This document shows, piece by piece, positions 60,281 through 64,000 of a stretch of 64,000 nt of DNA; the stretch's first letter is position 1; each line of letters begins with the position of its first letter. The position numbers were made by a program, and so were the translations under genes. The stretch comes from an uncultured delta proteobacterium. Its GTDB lineage: Bacteria > Desulfobacterota > Zymogenia > Zymogenales > Zymogenaceae. Under the pieces are notes generated by a model. It had not been told where the DNA came from. It was given only the letters and a program-made list of their open reading frames with translations, and searched no databases. The stretch is from NCBI GenBank assembly GCA_963792965.1, contig CAWBYW010000035.1, forward strand, positions 51,721 to 115,720, read 5' to 3'.

Positions 60281-61580
60281 ATGAAACTCAAGGGTCGCGT
60301 GCGCGTTGGTCGCGGTCTTTCTGCTTGCTTGTGGCGGCTTTGCCTATGGAATGGGGCGTGTCACGGGCTACTACGTGGACGCCGCCGTTACCGCCAATCA
60401 ACACGCGGTCGGCGAATATCTCAACCGTCACTTTGGCACTGAGACCTTCGGGGGTATCCCCGTGGGTTATTACGCACCACAAATCGACGACATTCTCAAC
60501 CAGGGCCCGGTGCCGTACCGTTTCGCACTTGATAACTTCTCCCCCGAGGAGTATGGCGTTTTCACCGATATTAACCGGGCCTCACTCTGGCAGTTCAATA
60601 GCCTGATGCTGGGTCGCCTGGCGACCCTCCGTTCCCACGGACCCGTCGCCCGCTCCGAGCACCCGCTCCTCTTTGCCGACTCGGGGTCTCTCACGCTCGA
60701 TGCAGCGCCCCTCCTCTATGCCCCCATGACCGCGCTCTCAAAGGGGTGGAGCGTGTGGGGCGAGGGCTTCGGGCTCTTGGGATACCAGGCCAATAGAGAC
60801 GGCAGCTTCGGCTACACCTACGACACCTACGGATCCTCCCTTGGAGTGGATAAGATGATTGTCGACAAGGTAATCGTCGGGCTGGTCACGGGATACTCCC
60901 ACTCGAACGTCGATTTCAACGACGTGTCCTTTAAGGGCAAGGTCAACACGTTGGACGCGGGCCTCTACGGCAGCTACAATCCTGCGCCGTGGTACGTTGA
61001 TGCCTCGTTCATCTGGTCGCGCAACTGGCACGACACCGAGCGGTTTGACCTGTTCGCCGATGCCGAGGCCGACGCCGCGTTTTTCGGCGACGTCTTTTCC
61101 TGGTATACGGGCGGCGGATACAACTTCGATATCGGCAAGGCACGCATCACCCCGACCCTCTCGCTGACCTATACCTATTACTACCAGCAGAAATTCACCG
61201 AGACGGGCGCGGGGTTATTCGACCTGGCGGTTAACTCCTTTGACTCTCACTCACTCGTCTCGCGGGTCGGCCTCCGGTTTGCGTACGAGTTTGACCTGAA
61301 TAACGTGACAATCGTTCCCGAGGTGAGCGCCGAGTGGGCCCACGAGTACCTCGACACCGACCGCACGGTCATTTCCCGGATGGCCTCGTCGATCCCCTTC
61401 CTTCCCGGAGACACGTTTGAAGTGGACGGGGTCCGCCCCGAACGGGACGGCGCGATCCTGGGGCTGGGGGTGACTGCGTATTTCGGCAAAAACCTTTCGG
61501 TATACGGCGACTATAACGCCGAAGTCCGCGAGCACTACAACTCTCACGGGTTTATAATCGGCGTGCAGTACGAGTTTTAG
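60281..61580 (+). CDS. Autotransporter beta-domain protein with very short passenger; frameshift near 60292
   Basis: ATG 60281 with GGAGG RBS; removing one G gives signal peptide MKLKVACALVAVFLLACGGFAYG. WSVWGEGFG, GLYGSY, SLVSRVG, WAHEY, C-terminal VQYEF. Confidence 0.8.
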
Positions 61581-61686
61581 ACGACTCGTACCGACTCTAT
61601 TCTATCCGAAGCATTTCATTAGCAGGTACAACGAAGAAGGGCGGCCGAAAGGCCGCCCGTTGTCTTATGTAGGTAGCGAACAACTC

Positions 61687-62329
61687 TCACGTCTTCGTCA
61701 GCGCGAGACGGATCCAGATCGGCGTCGACGCGAGAGCGATCTTTTGAACGCTGAAGTCTTGCCGAAAGTCGGACCTGCTGATAATACCCGTGGCTTCATC
61801 CGCGCTATAGGTCATGTTGAGCTGTTCTTTCAGGAAGAAAGGGGATATTGTCCGTCTCAAGATATTTTCTCCCCGCAGGTTTTTCCTGAGTGCATCTTTC
61901 AGCGCACCCCTATCGCAATCCCGGTAGGTCTCGAAGATGATCGCCGACGCACCCGGTTTGAGTATCCTTCGTATTTCGTTGAGACATGACTCCGGACGTT
62001 CCCAGAGGTAAAAAGAGCCCGTCGCGGTTACCCCGTCAAGAAAACAGTCGGGAAAGGCGGTTTTCTGGATAGTGCCCCGGCGCAGGTTGACTCTGCACTG
62101 TTTGAGTCGCTCTCTGGGCGAGCTTAATCATCGATTCGGAAATGTCGAGGCCGAACAGCTCAATCCGCGGATTGATCCGGCGGATTTCCGCCAGAAGCTT
62201 CCCCGGCCCCGACCCGATGTCCAGCAGTCGGCCGTGGGGAACCTGATTTACTAAATCGCGCGCAATCTCCGCGACTGTTATCCGGTTCGGCCGCGCGTCC
62301 ATCAGATAGTCGTATAGTGCCGCTCCCAT
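61687..62329 (-). CDS. Class I SAM-dependent methyltransferase, frameshifted near 62100 (assembly indel or pseudogene)
   Basis: LLDIGSGPG, GLDISESMI; the other frame continues TGSFYLWERPESCLNEIRRILKPG...LALTKT to TGA 61687. Confidence 0.7.
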
Positions 62330-62598
62330 GGACGGAAGTCCTATAAAATCCTTTTCTCCCCTTCTTTTCCTTATAAGCCTCAGCTATCTTATTACCGGGT
62401 GAAAGTCAATCTCCCGCGCACGGGTACGATAGTTATTTTTCTCTACACTATGTTATCCCTCTCAATAACTAATGTCAACATCTTAGTCTCACGACTCTCG
62501 GCAGCATCATAGGCTTGAAACAAGAAGGGACTCATGCCTTAACATGAGTCTTTGATCTTTCTATTAGCACGGACACGCCCAAATCAAGAGGAGAAGGG

Positions 62599-63999
62599 TC
62601 AAGCGGAAGCCTCCGAGAACAGCTCCGTGTAGAGTCGGCAATTTGCGCGCAACTCATCATGGCTGCCCCGCCCGACAATGCGCCCCTGATCAAGCACAAA
62701 AATCATCTGGGCGTCGCGTATCGTCGACATCCGATGTGCGATCACAAACGTCGTCTTGCCGGCCTGGAGGCGGCTAAGTCCATCCAAAACGAGCCGCTCC
62801 GATTCGAGATCCAGTCCCGAACTTGGCTCATCAAGGATAAGAATCGGCGCGTTGCGTACGATCGCGCGCGCGATACCCAGCCGCTGCCTCTGGCCGCCGG
62901 AGAGCGAAAAACCACCCGGCCCGACGACCGTCTCATAGCCGTCGGGCAGCGCGCTGATAAATTCGTGCGCGTGGGCCAACTGTGCCGCGGCCTCTATTTC
63001 ATCGCGCGTGGCATCTGTGCGTCCATATCCGATGTTCTGCCAAATCGTCGTATGGAACAAAAAGGTGTCCTGCAACACGAAGCCGATCTGCCCCCGGAGT
63101 GACCGGAAGCCCACCTCCCGCACATCGATTCCGTCAATGGTAACGACCCCGGACATCGGATCATAGAAACGCGGGACGAGACTGACGAGCGTGGACTTGC
63201 CGCTTCCGCTCGGTCCGACGAGGGCGACCCGCCGTCCCGTCTCGACGCGAAACGAGATGTTGTGAAGGACAGGACGCGCGGGGTCGTAGCCGAACGTCAC
63301 GTCGCGAAACTCGACAACGCCTCGAACGTCCGTAAAGACTCGAGGGTGGGATGCTCGCGGCAGCCGCTCATCCGTCTGAAGAATCGTCATGACCCTTTCC
63401 AGGCCTACCGCTGCTTGCGCGACGTTAGTGCTAACACGCGCGAGATCCTGAATCGGCCCGAAAAGCCGCCCGAGGTAGGTCATAAACACGACCAGCACGC
63501 CCACCGTCATCGCACCATCGATAACCAGCCGCGCACCGAACCAGAGCACCGCCGCCGTTCCGCACGCGACAAGAATTGTTACGACAGGTCCCACCAGCGA
63601 GCGTGCGCGCCTGGCGTACAGCGCCGCCTTCACACTCTGCAGGCTCTTTCTATCGAACCGCCGCCGCTCGAACTTTCCTTGCGCGAAGGCCTTCACCAGC
63701 CTAATCGCGCCCAATCCCTCCTGAACAATCGTGACCATCTCTCCCTGGTGACGCCTGACATCGTGCGTGGCCTGCTTGACGACGTACCGCAGGCGATAAA
63801 CGAACAGGCCCACCAACGGCGTAACCAGGAGCGCCACCAGCGTGAAGCGCAGGTTCAACGTGAGCATTACCGCAAGCATTCCGACGACGGTGAGGAGGTC
63901 AACCACGATCTTCAGCGCCGAATTGGCGATGAAGTCCTGAACCGTGTCGATGTCTTCAGTGATTGTACTGACAAGCGGGCCGGCCTGCTGACGGTCGTG
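62599..63999 (-). CDS. ABC transporter fused permease/ATPase (MsbA/MdlB-like); 5' end beyond the window
   Basis: GPSGSGKS Walker A, LSGGQRQR signature, ILILDE Walker B, IAHR; frame open to the window edge. Confidence 0.92.
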   Translation of the reverse strand, partial: HDRQQAGPLVSTITEDIDTVQDFIANSALKIVVDLLTVVGMLAVMLTLNLRFTLVALLVTPLVGLFVYRLRYVVKQATHDVRRHQGEMVTIVQEGLGAIRLVKAFAQGKFERRRFDRKSLQSVKAALYARRARSLVGPVVTILVACGTAAVLWFGARLVIDGAMTVGVLVVFMTYLGRLFGPIQDLARVSTNVAQAAVGLERVMTILQTDERLPRASHPRVFTDVRGVVEFRDVTFGYDPARPVLHNISFRVETGRRVALVGPSGSGKSTLVSLVPRFYDPMSGVVTIDGIDVREVGFRSLRGQIGFVLQDTFLFHTTIWQNIGYGRTDATRDEIEAAAQLAHAHEFISALPDGYETVVGPGGFSLSGGQRQRLGIARAIVRNAPILILDEPSSGLDLESERLVLDGLSRLQAGKTTFVIAHRMSTIRDAQMIFVLDQGRIVGRGSHDELRANCRLYTELFSEASA

Positions 64000-64000
64000 T

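Larger units (their letters stand above)
54594..62560. repeat. Four co-oriented related hairpins at about 54601, 56190, 60103 and 62525 (consensus GACTYAYG-N6/7-CRTRAGTC)
   Basis: gactcaca-cctccgg-cgtgagtc, gacttatg-cctctg-cataagtc, gacttacg-cagaca-cgtatgtc, gactcatg-ccttaa-catgagtc; each preceded by an A-rich run and followed by (C/T/A)TTG(A/G). Confidence 0.6.

Noticed and set aside
44257-61660. GGGGCGG...CCGCCCC hairpins at 44257, 46360, 49227, 54858 and 61637 as a mobile repeat family
   Set aside because: All sit just downstream of stop codons and are adequately explained as terminators; they lack the GTAG tag.
54594-62560. Integron attC sites
   Set aside because: No RYYYAAC/GTTRRRY ends or attC-length imperfect palindromes; cassettes contain multiple genes in mixed orientation; no intI.

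Overview
GC-rich bacterial chromosomal window, probably from an anaerobic Desulfobacterota/deltaproteobacterium-like diderm (inferred from gene content only). It holds about 50 genes. These include a CCG Fe-S oxidoreductase / 2x FAD-linked oxidase / CrtC-like / TetR cluster, an inverse autotransporter with a beta-helix passenger, 4-hydroxybutyryl-CoA dehydratase, an xylB-GH38-MFS operon and tRNA-Arg(TCT). Also present are divergent TPP-riboswitch-controlled cytX and thiD (with an eroded ThiN tail), a REC-PAS-sigma54 activator, a PAS kinase/NarL pair, NYN-hicBA, pyrE, two tandem outer-membrane barrel paralogs, two tandem 108-aa secreted paralogs and three dispersed stand-alone V4R genes. The right end (about 54.4-64 kb) is more AT-rich and is partitioned by four co-oriented related hairpins (GACTYAYG-N6/7-CRTRAGTC). 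Some of these are followed by what look like decayed tRNA 3' ends, suggesting serial cassette/island accretion. About ten genes carry single-base frameshifts that are most likely assembly indels. No CRISPR array, integrase, reverse transcriptase or intact transposase was seen. All calls are from reading motifs by eye; no database searches were run.
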